Positions 1-9,784 of a stretch of DNA of 64,000 nucleotides are shown in pieces. Source of the DNA: Candidatus Bathyarchaeota archaeon (GTDB lineage: Archaea > Thermoproteota > Bathyarchaeia > Bathyarchaeales > Bathycorpusculaceae); contig OY970280.1 of the NCBI GenBank assembly GCA_963715865.1, positions 2,290,844 to 2,354,843 of the forward strand, read 5' to 3'. A model generated the notes under the pieces. It had not been told where the DNA came from, searched no databases, and saw only the letters and a list, made by a program, of their open reading frames with translations. The position numbers and the translations under genes were made by a program. The first letter of the stretch is position 1. The number at the start of each line of letters is the position of its first letter.

Positions 1-2377
1 GCTCACCGCTTAACGTTTTTTTCCAGCTACGCCGCAGCTCGGCAAGTGAAGCGTCAACTACAATTTTCTGGTTTAGTCCGTGAATGAGGAGTTTCTCGTC
101 TTTAGTTACTTTGCCAATTTTAGAGCAGGTTTTACCTTTCATTAATGCCTCAAATTCTTGCCTATCTTTTTCCGAGACTTCCAAAAGGAAGCGACTGTTT
201 GATTCCGAAAACAACACAAAGTCACTCCGCTCTAAAGCTTTGCCAGGCGCTTTACCTAAATCCAGCTCTAAGCCGTAGCCGCCTGCAAACGCCATCTCCG
301 CCGCCGCCACCGCCAACCCGCCTTCAGAGAGGTCATGGCATGATTTGATTAAGCCCAAATCGATGGCTTTAGTTACAGCTTTGAATGTGCGTTTGGCTTT
401 TGCGCCTTTTACTTTGGGCACGCTTGCGCCTAAGTAGCCTTTGAGCTTGTAGTATTCTGAACCGCCAAGTTCATTGAACGTTTCCCCGACAACATAGAGC
501 AGATTACCGGGCGCTTTCAAATCCATAGACGTGGTAAATTGAATGTTAGGAACAATGCCTATAGCAGTAATTAGCAGTGTCGGTGTGACTGGACCCAGCG
601 GGGACTCGTTGTAGAGGCTATCTTTTCCCGAGATAAACGGCGTTCTAAACGCTTTTGCAAAGTCGTAGCAGGCTTCGCAGGCTCTTACCAGCGAACCCAA
701 GCGCTCTGGCTTTTCAGGATTACCCCAAGTGAAGTTATCCAGAAGTGCAATTCTTCTTCCGCCGACGGCAATGTTGTTTCTCACTGCCTCGTCAATGGCT
801 GAAGCAGCCATCCAGTAAGCATCAATCTTCCCGTAATTTGGGTTCATCCCGCATGAAATAGCTAAGCCTTTCAATGATTCGTCGAGGGGTTTCAGAACAG
901 CGGCGTCGTTCGGTCCAGCGTACTCTCCCTGCAAGGGTTTAAGCGTAGTGTTTCCTTTTACCTCATGGTCATAAGTGCGTATGACGCTTTCTTTGCTGGC
1001 AATGTTTGGCGCAGAAAGAAGCTGCAGCAGGGTTTCGGTTAGGTTTTCTGGTTCAGGAAATTCTGGTTCCGTGAAGCTTAAGGTTTCAATGGTTGCTGTT
1101 TTCATGCTTTTGCAAGGATTAAACAGAAATGCCATATCCATGTCGGCAACTTTCTCGCCATGAAAATTCAGGTGTAGGCGGCGCTCGGTTGTTAGTTTGC
1201 CTATTGCTGTAGCTTGGACGTCTTCTTTCTCAAAAATCGCCATAACTCGCTCCAAGTTTTCCGGTGGCACGGTTAGGAGCATTCTTTCCTGCGATTCTGA
1301 AATGTAAACTTCCCACGGAGCCAAACCCTGATACTTCAACGGTACCTTGCCAAGTTCAATGGTCGCTCCGCAGTCGAATTTTTCGGCTGTTTCGCCGACG
1401 GCTGAGGATAAGCCTCCTCCGCCAAGATCAGTAGTCGACGATGCCAATAGGAGGTCGCGGATTTCTATTAATGCCCGTTTGACTTTCTCTTCTTCAATTG
1501 GGTCGGCGATTTGTACGGCTGGTCTTGAGATTTCTTCTGATTTCTCAGTTAATTCGGCTGAGGCGAAGGTTACGCCATGGATGCCGTCGCGTCCTGTTTT
1601 TCCACCTGCCAGCACAATTGCATGTTCAGGTTTGGCGTTTTTCATGAACTTATTTAATGGCAAAAGTCCTATGCATCCGCAGTATACGGTGACGTTGCCT
1701 GTGTAGCTGTCGTCAAAGTATATTGCTCCGTTTACAGTTGGGATGCCCATGTTATTTCCATAAGCGCTAATGCCAGCGGTAACGCCCATGTACACGTACT
1801 TTGGATGTTTTACGCCTGCAGGAAGCTTGTTGTAATCGTAATCTAGTGGTCCGAAGCCTAAAACGTCTGTGCACGCGATTGGGTCTGCCCAGACACCGAG
1901 GATGTCTCGAATTACGCCGCCGACACCAGTAGCTGCGCCGCCGAAAGGTTCAACTGCTGACGGGTGGTTGTGGGTTTCAACTTTGGCGGCTATTCCATAG
2001 CCCTTGTCAAAACGGACGATGCCAGCGTTATCTTCGAAGACGCTGAAGCACCATGGTGGGTTGATTTCTTTTGTGGCTTTTGCAATGTAAGTTTTGAAGA
2101 GGCTGTCGATTTCTTTGCCGTCCAAGCGGATTTTTCCTTTGAAGGTTTTGTGGTAGCAGTGTTCTGACCATGTTTGGCTGATGGTTTGCAGCTCCACATC
2201 CGTTGGGTTTCTGTCTTCCTTCTTGAAGTAGGCTTGGATACTCTTCATTTCTTGTAGGCTTGAGCCTAATGCTAGCTCGTTGCTTATTTCGGCGAGTTGT
2301 TGGTCGGTGGCTTTGGCTAAGGCTACCTCGTAGAGCGCATAACTGGTTTTACGGTGGATGTAGAGGTTATCGTTCAT
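1..2377 (-). CDS. purL: Phosphoribosylformylglycinamidine synthase subunit PurL (3' end runs off the window)
   Basis: Absent from the ORF track because there is no stop inside the window. Manual translation from ATG 2377 gives MNDNLYIH...QTWSEHCYHKTF...KVETHNHPSAVEPFGGAATGVGGVIRD...DLGGGGL...SESQERM...SCHDLSEGGLAVA. The start overlaps the purS stop (ATGA). Confidence 0.97.
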   Translation of the reverse strand, partial: MNDNLYIHRKTSYALYEVALAKATDQQLAEISNELALGSSLQEMKSIQAYFKKEDRNPTDVELQTISQTWSEHCYHKTFKGKIRLDGKEIDSLFKTYIAKATKEINPPWCFSVFEDNAGIVRFDKGYGIAAKVETHNHPSAVEPFGGAATGVGGVIRDILGVWADPIACTDVLGFGPLDYDYNKLPAGVKHPKYVYMGVTAGISAYGNNMGIPTVNGAIYFDDSYTGNVTVYCGCIGLLPLNKFMKNAKPEHAIVLAGGKTGRDGIHGVTFASAELTEKSEEISRPAVQIADPIEEEKVKRALIEIRDLLLASSTTDLGGGGLSSAVGETAEKFDCGATIELGKVPLKYQGLAPWEVYISESQERMLLTVPPENLERVMAIFEKEDVQATAIGKLTTERRLHLNFHGEKVADMDMAFLFNPCKSMKTATIETLSFTEPEFPEPENLTETLLQLLSAPNIASKESVIRTYDHEVKGNTTLKPLQGEYAGPNDAAVLKPLDESLKGLAISCGMNPNYGKIDAYWMAASAIDEAVRNNIAVGGRRIALLDNFTWGNPEKPERLGSLVRACEACYDFAKAFRTPFISGKDSLYNESPLGPVTPTLLITAIGIVPNIQFTTSMDLKAPGNLLYVVGETFNELGGSEYYKLKGYLGASVPKVKGAKAKRTFKAVTKAIDLGLIKSCHDLSEGGLAVAAAEMAFAGGYGLELDLGKAPGKALERSDFVLFSESNSRFLLEVSEKDRQEFEALMKGKTCSKIGKVTKDEKLLIHGLNQKIVVDASLAELRRSWKKTLSGE

Positions 2378-2625
2378 TTCTGCTCCTCAACGGTTATTGT
2401 GTAGTTGTCTTTGGTTGGGTTTGCCAAAAGGCGTTTACTCATTTCTTCCGCCTTTGCCTTGGCTTCTTTAATTGTTGGTGCATCAAGAATGACAGTGTAA
2501 ACTTTGCTCACGTCTACTGCTTCTACTTTGTAGCCGAGTTCTTTTAATAAACGGGCTGTTGTTTCCCCTTCAGGATTGCTGTGACCTGGTTTGAGGCTGA
2601 CCTCTATTTTAGCGCGGTATTTCAT
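2374..2625 (-). CDS. purS: FGAM synthase subunit PurS
   Basis: 83 aa with V.LKPG..NPEG and LLANP motifs, directly upstream of purL. Confidence 0.95.
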   Translation of the reverse strand: MKYRAKIEVSLKPGHSNPEGETTARLLKELGYKVEAVDVSKVYTVILDAPTIKEAKAKAEEMSKRLLANPTKDNYTITVEEQK

Positions 2626-2683
2626 GAGCCTTTAAATTAAGCTTACAGGATTTAAACGCTTTTGTCATAAAAAAAGCAAAATT

Positions 2684-3763
2684 TTACGTCAATATCATCT
2701 TTTTGTTTTGGTAGTGTATTTCTACAGTTTGTTTTTCTGTTACTTTGCCGATTATTTCAGGTTTTGAGCTGTCTTGCTCTAGCGTGTTCATGGCTTTATC
2801 AATTTCTGTTTTGTCTACGATTATGCCGAAGCCCCAGCCCATGTTGAAGGTTTTGAACATTTCCTCGTCTGTAATAGTATAGCCTAATTCAGCCGCCGTT
2901 TTTTGAATCAATCCGAAAATGGGTTGGGGTTTAAAGTTGGTAAATTCAAAGCCTATGCCTGGCGAGAAACTGACAAGGTTGTTGAATTTCATGTACGCGT
3001 CGCCCGTTATGTGTACTGCTGCTTTGACTTTTACTTCGCCCGCTAGTTTGAGTAGTGGCTTAACGTAAATTTTTGTTGGTTCAAGGGCTTCAAGGGCTAT
3101 TTCCCTGTCCAAGCCTGCTGGGGTGTCGTTTGGCTGGTATTTTCCGCCCCATTGCTTAAAGAGGATTTTTCTTGCCATTGTTATGCCATTGCTGTGCAAT
3201 CCGTTGCTGGCTAAGCCTATTATTGGGTCGCCAGGTTTGATGTTTTCTCCGGTGATGATTTCTTGCCTTTCAACTTGACCTACTGAAGCGACCACCATGT
3301 CGAAGCCTGCGTTTTCTGTTAAGCCTCTTATTATTTCAGCTACGTCGCCTGTTTCTCCGCCTGTAACTGGGCATTCTGCTTCAGCGGCGCCTTGGATGAT
3401 TCCTTTTAGCCATGCTTTTACAAGCTGGGGTTCGCTTGCTTGAGTATGAATGTTATCCACTATGGCGAGCGGTTTAGCTCCTGAACGGATTACGTCGTTG
3501 ACTGCCATGGCTACTGCGTCTATGCCTATGGTATCATATTTCTGTGCTAATTGTGCTATGAGGACTTTGGTGCCTACGCCTTCGATGACAAGGTCCAGAA
3601 AAGTGTTTTCTCCGATTGGAAAAATGTTACCATATGGCAGATGCATTACGCCGCCATAGCGGCTGTGCTTGTAGGTTTCCTGCAGGCTTTTTAGGGCTTT
3701 TTTTGATTCTGCGCGTTGTTTGCGGTTTACGCCTGCATCGCTGTAAGTGTAATTTTTAGGCAA
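2684..3763 (-). CDS. purM: Phosphoribosylformylglycinamidine cyclo-ligase (AIR synthetase)
   Basis: YSDAGVN, EGVGTK, GIDAVAMAVND, GGETG, SNGLHSNG, HITG and TFNMGWG motifs; part of the pur operon. Confidence 0.96.
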   Translation of the reverse strand: MPKNYTYSDAGVNRKQRAESKKALKSLQETYKHSRYGGVMHLPYGNIFPIGENTFLDLVIEGVGTKVLIAQLAQKYDTIGIDAVAMAVNDVIRSGAKPLAIVDNIHTQASEPQLVKAWLKGIIQGAAEAECPVTGGETGDVAEIIRGLTENAGFDMVVASVGQVERQEIITGENIKPGDPIIGLASNGLHSNGITMARKILFKQWGGKYQPNDTPAGLDREIALEALEPTKIYVKPLLKLAGEVKVKAAVHITGDAYMKFNNLVSFSPGIGFEFTNFKPQPIFGLIQKTAAELGYTITDEEMFKTFNMGWGFGIIVDKTEIDKAMNTLEQDSSKPEIIGKVTEKQTVEIHYQNKKMILT

Positions 3764-3858
3764 AGCTGTTTTCTCCTTGGTATTCTTTCTGGTTAGTTAG
3801 AGATAACGATTTTGCTTGCTCGGATACTAAAAGTAAGAAACAACTTATTTTTTAACGG

Positions 3859-4230
3859 TTATAGGTTATTTTTCTTTGTTTTTTCGTCTATTATTGAAAG
3901 AAGTTCTTGGGGTTTCACAGGTTTCAAAAGGTAAGCATCTGCATGTGCGCCCTTCATAGGTGCCATTGTTGGAAAGCCTGTAATTATTATTTTAACCATT
4001 TTGCCGCCATGATCAGCAAGCTTATCTAAAAGCTCCACGCCATTCAAGTCTGGAAGGCAAATGTCAATTAGGGCTACAGCGTAAAATTTGATGTTGGCTT
4101 TTTGTATGGCTTCTTTTCCAGTTTGGGCTGTGTCAGTGTTGTATCCTTTTTTCTGAAGGATGCGTACGAAAGTCTTTATGATGCTTTCGTCATCATCAAT
4201 GATTAGTACTGTTTTGGCGTCTTTGCCCAT
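3859..4230 (-). CDS. Stand-alone response regulator receiver protein
   Basis: Acidic pocket IIDDD, phosphoacceptor LIDICLPD, ITG and KP motifs. Confidence 0.9.
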   Translation of the reverse strand: MGKDAKTVLIIDDDESIIKTFVRILQKKGYNTDTAQTGKEAIQKANIKFYAVALIDICLPDLNGVELLDKLADHGGKMVKIIITGFPTMAPMKGAHADAYLLKPVKPQELLSIIDEKTKKNNL

Positions 4231-4356
4231 TTTTCTTCCTTCAGTGCATTTGCTCGCTAAGTTGTATTCGCTTCTTGGTATCTTTTAGTAATTTTTTGAT
4301 TGCTATAAAGCAGTATTACAGGATTTAGAATATTCCACAATTTGTATAGTTTACGT

Positions 4357-4716
4357 TTAATGGTTAGTCGTTTGTTTTTCTTTTAGCATTTTTTCAATTA
4401 GAAAAAGTAAGTCTTTGGGTTTTACAATTTTGGTTAAGCAGGCATCTGCTCCTTTCAGAATAGTTTCTTCAGGGAAGTCTGTGATTACTATTTTGATTGT
4501 TTTAGTTTTGGCTAGATTTTGGAGTATGCGTGTGTTGTCTGGAATTTCTGCATCTATTATGGCTATAGCATAATGATTGGTGTGGGCTTTTTCAAGGGCT
4601 TCTTTTCCAGTTTGGGCTGTGTCGGCAGTGTACCCACTTTTCTGTAGGATACTTGCGTATGTCGTTGCCAAATCCTTATAGTTGTCAATTACTATTATTT
4701 TACTGGTTTTTTCCAA
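4357..4716 (-). CDS. Stand-alone receiver protein, degenerate tandem paralog
   Basis: Shares KxGY.xDTAQTGKEA with the previous ORF. Keeps the phosphoacceptor (IIDAEIPD) but the acidic pocket reads DNYKD. Confidence 0.8.
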   Translation of the reverse strand: MEKTSKIIVIDNYKDLATTYASILQKSGYTADTAQTGKEALEKAHTNHYAIAIIDAEIPDNTRILQNLAKTKTIKIVITDFPEETILKGADACLTKIVKPKDLLFLIEKMLKEKQTTNH

Positions 4717-4882
4717 ATAATTTCTTCTTCTGGATTCTGGCGCTTTCTTGTCTGCTGAGTTAGCAGCTCCTTTTCCATTTATTTCTATTGATGTATTGTA
4801 ATATATAACATTTATTATGGATGCTAAATATTTGTAGGCGATAGAAACCTAAATATGCAATAAGCAAACAACTTGAGAAAGC

Positions 4883-5035
4883 ATGTTAACGAAAAAGAAA
4901 CAAACCACTGTAACTCTTGATGCTGAAGTGATGGATTTTTTACAAGAACAAATTAAAGTCAAGAGATTTAGCTCCATTAGTCATGGCGTTAATTACGCCG
5001 TTTATAAACTAATGAAAGAAGAAAGCAAAAAATAA
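4883..5035 (+). CDS. Small ribbon-helix-helix (CopG-like) DNA-binding protein, 50 aa
   Basis: Below the ORF-track cutoff. MLTKKKQTTVTLDAEVMDFLQEQIKVKRFSSISHGVNYAVYKLMKEESKK has an alternating beta strand, a helix, then an S.S..V..A helix. Confidence 0.7.
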   Translation: MLTKKKQTTVTLDAEVMDFLQEQIKVKRFSSISHGVNYAVYKLMKEESKK

Positions 5036-5175
5036 CTGATCAAGTATGTAAAATTATTTAAATTAACCATGCTTCTTTCTTTTAAAAGTCATAAAAAATC
5101 CAGCGTTAAGCATATTGCAGAGAAGAACCAATATATCAAACTGAGTAACACAAACAAAACCAACTCAAAAAATAT

Positions 5176-5251
5176 GCGGTCGTAGTCTAGTTTGGTAGGA
5201 CATCAGCTTCCCAAGCTGACGACCCGGGTTCAAATCCCGGTGACCGCACCA
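5176..5251 (+). tRNA. tRNA-Gly (anticodon CCC), CCA encoded
   Basis: Acceptor stem GCGGTCG/TGACCGC, anticodon arm TCAGC-TTCCCAA-GCTGA, T-arm GGTTCAAATCC, ends ACCA. Confidence 0.97.
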
Positions 5252-5756
5252 ATCTCCTCAAAACCGCATTTTGCACATTCAAAAAACCAATTCTCCAATT
5301 ACTCCAATTCGCCCTTTCTACCAAGGGATTATTTGGGCGTCTGCGCAACCGCTGATTAGTTTTGTTATTTTTATTTTTAGGTGTTCGTTGGGTTTTGCGT
5401 TGCTGATGAAGATTGGGAAGCCTTTGATTTTGGCGATGCCTTCCCCGTTTGGACTCATATCCACTATATCTACTTCGTATTCTTCCCCAATTTCAAATGG
5501 GTAATCAATGCCTCTACCGCGTCTGTTTTTTGCATTTCTTGGGGCTCGTTTTTTGGGGCTAAAAAGACATCGTCCTCGCTTTCAACATTAATTAATATTA
5601 AGTAATGTATTTCATAGGCATAAGGGTTTTGTCTTAACCCTGCTTAGAAAAAAAGTTAAAAAAACAGCAGGTATGCACTGGTACAGCAGATACGACAAAA
5701 AACATAGAAATTGAACCAACCATTCGTTAGTTGTGTGTGTGCGCACCAATCTCCTC
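5245..5756 (+). repeat. 15-bp direct repeat CGCACCAATCTCCTC at 5245-5259 and 5742-5756 (att-like)
   Basis: Exact duplication of the last 7 nt of the tRNA plus 8 downstream nt, 497 bp apart. Confidence 0.75.
5318..5570 (-). CDS. Single TRAM-domain protein, interrupted by a +1 frameshift at the third codon
   Basis: Reads YPFEIGEEYEVDIVDMSPNGEGIAKIKGFPIFISNAKPNEHLKIKITK. The nearest ATG (5570) gives ATG TCT TTT TAG, and removing one T joins it in frame (MSFSPKKRAPRNAKNRRGRG...). Confidence 0.8.
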
Positions 5757-5882
5757 CTTCAAATACAAGCAACATTCTTTCTCTACGCCTGCTGAGCTGT
5801 TTTGGTGATTACGGCACAAAAGAGAAAAGAGCAGGTTGCAGCATATTCATTGTGGTGTTGAATTATACTTTCAGCTTTTATT

Positions 5883-6077
5883 ATGGTTCCTGTTCCAGCT
5901 TATTCGCAGTATTTGAAGTGCCCAAATTGTGGGTCACAAGTAGCTTCGTTCTCTAACTACTGCAATTTCTGCGGCGTACCCCTGCGGCAACCAATTTTGC
6001 TAAAAATCTGCCCCCGATGCAAAACCCGAATCTCAGCTACAGCGCATTTTTGCCCTGAATGCGGACAAAAACAATAA
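5883..6077 (+). CDS. Double zinc-ribbon small protein
   Basis: Four CxxC pairs: CPNC, CNFC, CPRC, CPEC. Confidence 0.8.
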   Translation: MVPVPAYSQYLKCPNCGSQVASFSNYCNFCGVPLRQPILLKICPRCKTRISATAHFCPECGQKQ

Positions 6078-6503
6078 TGCCGCAGCAATCGACAGAATTC
6101 TATTCCATGGGCAGGCGGCAAACAAGGCTAGCTTTGTCACGAAGTCCTTCAAGCCAAACTTAATGCAGTGCATTTTGTTCTATTGTTGGTTGGAAAAATT
6201 AAGCAACAATGTTTTTTGCGCGAGATGAATTTGACCGAGAACTTTTTTCTTTTATTTTTCTTTCTTCATTTTTTTTGATTTGCGGATTTGGCTTTCTCTG
6301 TTCAGGAGCCAGGTCCTCTTTATCAGTTAGGTACGTCTGCAACTTTTCAATTTCTTCTCTCACGGCATGGAAAGAAAGGCATCTTGAATGCCCAGCTTTT
6401 GTACAGCGGAGCTAAAGATTGCTCCGAGCACTAGTTCTCAGGCATAGTAACAGAAAGGTTATTACTTTTCGAGATATCACTCGTAGAGCGGAGAGAAAAA
6501 AAG

Positions 6504-7265
6504 GTGCCCCTCGCGTTTATCATTGGAACAGCAGGTTCTGGCAAGTCCCTGTTAACTGCAGCCTTCAGCGAATGGTTAAAAATGTCCAAGCAAGACGTTG
6601 CCGTTGTCAATTTGGATCCTGGTGCATTGAAGCTTCCTTACTCGCCGGATGTTGATGTGCGCAATTATGTTGATGTTGGCGATTTAATGGAAAAATATGG
6701 TTTAGGACCAAACGGCGCATTGATTATGGCTGCTGACTTAATCGCTGACGAGATTGAAAATTTAACTCGCGACATAGAAGAAGCTAACGCTGACATCGTT
6801 TTGGTGGATACTCCTGGGCAGATGGAGTTGTTTGCTTTCAGAGCAAGCGGACCATATATCGTTGACGAATTAACAAAGGAGCCTAAAGCGTTAATTTACC
6901 TCTTCGACGCAGTATTCTCAATCAATCCACTCAATTATGTCTCAAACATGTTTCTCTCAGCCGCAGTTTACAACAGGTTCTACCAGCCACAACTGCACGT
7001 GCTCTCAAAGACTGATTTGATACCAAAAAAAGACGCTCAGGCAATCACCACTTGGTCAGCCAACACTAGAGCACTGGAAGATGCGATTGACCAGAAACTT
7101 GAAGGCACAAAACGACTCTTCAGCCGCAACATGATGCAAGCCATCAATAAGCTTGGCTTGAAATTTTTGTTGATGCCAGTTTCCGCTAAAACAAACGAAG
7201 GCATGATTAACATTAACACGATACTTGAACGAATTTTAAACGAAGGAGAAAAATACACAACCTAA
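6504..7265 (+). CDS. GPN-loop GTPase
   Basis: GTAGSGKS P-loop, NLDPG, LGPNG, DTPGQME and SKTD motifs. Confidence 0.93.
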   Translation: MPLAFIIGTAGSGKSLLTAAFSEWLKMSKQDVAVVNLDPGALKLPYSPDVDVRNYVDVGDLMEKYGLGPNGALIMAADLIADEIENLTRDIEEANADIVLVDTPGQMELFAFRASGPYIVDELTKEPKALIYLFDAVFSINPLNYVSNMFLSAAVYNRFYQPQLHVLSKTDLIPKKDAQAITTWSANTRALEDAIDQKLEGTKRLFSRNMMQAINKLGLKFLLMPVSAKTNEGMININTILERILNEGEKYTT

Positions 7266-7269
7266 AACT

Positions 7270-7896
7270 TTAAGCGCCAATCAGTGACCAGCTTGCTGCA
7301 AAGGCTCCACGCTTAGCCTTCAAAGCTGAATCAGCACCAGCGACAATAATAACATCGTTGTCCTCAGGCGCTAATTGCTTAAGAATTTGGCTTGCTGCCT
7401 TCGGATAATCCTTCTCTATACGATCACTGACTGATTCAATATGCAAGTGACCATTTTTGAAAACGATAACTAAGGCTTTGCGTGCGCCGGCAATGATGGC
7501 TGCATCCCGTTGATCAATTCCCGACCGCACCTTTTGCCCGCTGTTTTTCACTAAAAAAGCAAAATTAAATTCAGACTCGCTCAATTCACTTTTTTGAATT
7601 TCAATCCGTTTAGGAAAAACTTGTTCAAATTGCCGCCAAACCTCTAAGCCTTTATTTGCTAAACTGCAGCCTTCTTTGGAAGTTTCAATTAAACCAGCAT
7701 TTCTAAGTCTGCTTATTATTGTGCGCACTGCACCATCACCAACGTTGAGTTTCTTAGCTAGTTTATTTCTGCCAAGAGGTTTCTGCGACATAATCTCTAA
7801 AGCATAGAAAATATGAAATACAGTGAAAGTGGTTGATGGTCCTGGAGCTTTTTTTCCAGCGATTCCTTGTATAAACTTTTTCAGCGATGCCGACAT
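7270..7896 (-). CDS. Winged-helix / DUF4443-like protein, putative regulator
   Basis: N-terminal HTH (GRNKLAKKLNVGDGAVRTIISRL); C-terminal GIDQRDAAIIAGA...A..GA motif. Confidence 0.7.
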   Translation of the reverse strand: MSASLKKFIQGIAGKKAPGPSTTFTVFHIFYALEIMSQKPLGRNKLAKKLNVGDGAVRTIISRLRNAGLIETSKEGCSLANKGLEVWRQFEQVFPKRIEIQKSELSESEFNFAFLVKNSGQKVRSGIDQRDAAIIAGARKALVIVFKNGHLHIESVSDRIEKDYPKAASQILKQLAPEDNDVIIVAGADSALKAKRGAFAASWSLIGA

Positions 7897-7961
7897 ATTT
7901 TGCCCTGCTCTAACTAAGCGTTGGTTAGGTTTTTATAATTTATCAAAAAGATTGATGCAGA

Positions 7962-8339
7962 TTAGTCCTTGTAAGCAACAACTGAAACCTCAATAAGCGC
8001 ATTAGCCTTCAATTCTATGCCGACTGTGGCGCGAGCAGGAAATTCTCCATCAAAGTACTTGGCATATTCGTGGTTGAACTCGTCAAATAAGGCCATAGAA
8101 GAAAGATACACAGTGGATTGAACAACATCTTTCAGGCTGTAACCTGCAGCTTCCAGTATAGCTTTTATGTTCTCCATAACCTGTCTTGTCTGCAACGTAA
8201 CATCTTTAGCAACTATTTTGCCTTCCTTTGGATCAATTGCCAGTTGCCCTGAGACGAACAGGAATTTGCCTGCTTTTACTGCTTGATTGTATGGACCTAC
8301 TGGTTTTGGCGCTTTTTCGCTAAATACTGGTGTTTTCAT
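7962..8339 (-). CDS. ridA: RidA/YjgF family enamine/imine deaminase
   Basis: APKPVGPYNQA, SGQL, FPARA and IEV motifs. Confidence 0.92.
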   Translation of the reverse strand: MKTPVFSEKAPKPVGPYNQAVKAGKFLFVSGQLAIDPKEGKIVAKDVTLQTRQVMENIKAILEAAGYSLKDVVQSTVYLSSMALFDEFNHEYAKYFDGEFPARATVGIELKANALIEVSVVAYKD

Positions 8340-8499
8340 GTTTTCCCTCTTCTTGTTTATGTTGTTTAGCGATTAAAATTGTTTTTGCGAGCAGGCATCC
8401 CGCTTTGCTTGTTGATTAGTTGCTTGTGTTGTAGAAAGCCTTTTAAGAAAAACGCAAAGTTATTTATGTCCTTATTACAACCAGAATGGAAAGATTCCC

Positions 8500-9678
8500 A
8501 TGAGAATAAACGGAAAATATTTGTTTACTTCTGAGTCAGTTGGAGAAGGTCACCCAGACAAGGTTGCAGACCAAATATCCGACAGCGTTTTAGACGCAAT
8601 ATTCTGCAATGACCCCCAAGCAAGAGTTGACTGCGAAACGCTCGTAATGCAGGGAACCGTAATGATTACGGGTCAAATAACCACTTGCACCTACGTTGAT
8701 ATCCCAAAAATTGTCCGCCAGACCTTGAAAGAAATTGGGTTCGACAATGCTAAGGACGGCTTAGACTGGGAAACATGCGGCATCTTGGTTTCACTAACTG
8801 CGCAGTCTCCAGACATCGCTATGGGCGTAAACGAATCCAAGGGTCATGAGCAGGGCGCTGGTGACCAAGGAATGGTTTTCGGCTATGCAACCAACGAGAC
8901 AAAGGAGCTTATGCCTTTGCCGATTATGCTGGCGCATAAACTTGTTAAACGCTTAGCTGAATGCAGAAAAACGAAACTTATGCCTTATCTGCGTCCTGAC
9001 TGCAAATCTCAGGTTACAGTGGAATATGAGAGTGGCAAGCCTAAATGTGTGAAGACTGTGGTTATTGCTGCTCAAAACAACGGAACCGTTGACGACGCAA
9101 TTTTGAAAAAAGACATTATTGAAAAGGTCATTAAGTACGTTATTCCAGCGAACATGTTAAGCGAAGACATAAAATACGTTATCAACGGAACCGGAAGATT
9201 CGTCATTGGCGGAACATTGGCGGATTCAGGGTTAACTGGCAGAAAAATCATCGTTGACACTTACGGCGGCGTTGGAAGTCACGGCGGCGGATGCTTCAGC
9301 GGCAAAGACCCATCGAAAGTTGACAGGTCAGGATGTTACATGGCAAGATATATCGCCAAGAACATTGTTGCTGCGGGGTTGGCTGATCAATGCGAAATCC
9401 AAATTTCCTACGCTATCGGTGTAGCTCAACCAATCTCTGTTTTGGTGAATACTTACGAAACAGGGAAACTGCCAGACGAGCAACTTCTCGAGTTAGTGAA
9501 GAAATATTTCGACATGAGGCCTAAAGCAATCATTGACCAACTAAACCTGCTAAGACCAATATACAAAAAAACCGCAGTGTTCGGCCACTTCGGAAGAGAA
9601 GAACCAGAATTCACCTGGGAAAAAACCGACAAGGCAGAATTACTCAGAAAAGAACTAGAAAACGCCAAAAAATCCTAA
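8500..9678 (+). CDS. metK: S-adenosylmethionine synthetase, bacterial/eukaryotic type
   Basis: [36 protein letters not shown] and [16 protein letters not shown] motifs. Confidence 0.97.
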   Translation: MRINGKYLFTSESVGEGHPDKVADQISDSVLDAIFCNDPQARVDCETLVMQGTVMITGQITTCTYVDIPKIVRQTLKEIGFDNAKDGLDWETCGILVSLTAQSPDIAMGVNESKGHEQGAGDQGMVFGYATNETKELMPLPIMLAHKLVKRLAECRKTKLMPYLRPDCKSQVTVEYESGKPKCVKTVVIAAQNNGTVDDAILKKDIIEKVIKYVIPANMLSEDIKYVINGTGRFVIGGTLADSGLTGRKIIVDTYGGVGSHGGGCFSGKDPSKVDRSGCYMARYIAKNIVAAGLADQCEIQISYAIGVAQPISVLVNTYETGKLPDEQLLELVKKYFDMRPKAIIDQLNLLRPIYKKTAVFGHFGREEPEFTWEKTDKAELLRKELENAKKS

Positions 9679-9784
9679 ACTTTCATTTTAAATTTAATTT
9701 TTTTCTCGCTTTCTAGTCAAGTACTCTGTTGCTCGAAAAAGTCTTTAGCCTGTCTATATGAAGCAACAAATGAGGGAGGAGGCC

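Noticed and set aside
6170-6480. Charged reading frame on the minus strand (…FHAVREEIEKLQTYL…)
   Set aside because: It has an in-frame TAG, no convincing start and no recognisable family.
8340-8499. Possible SAM riboswitch before metK
   Set aside because: No SAM-I core elements are visible; the region looks like a plain divergent promoter.
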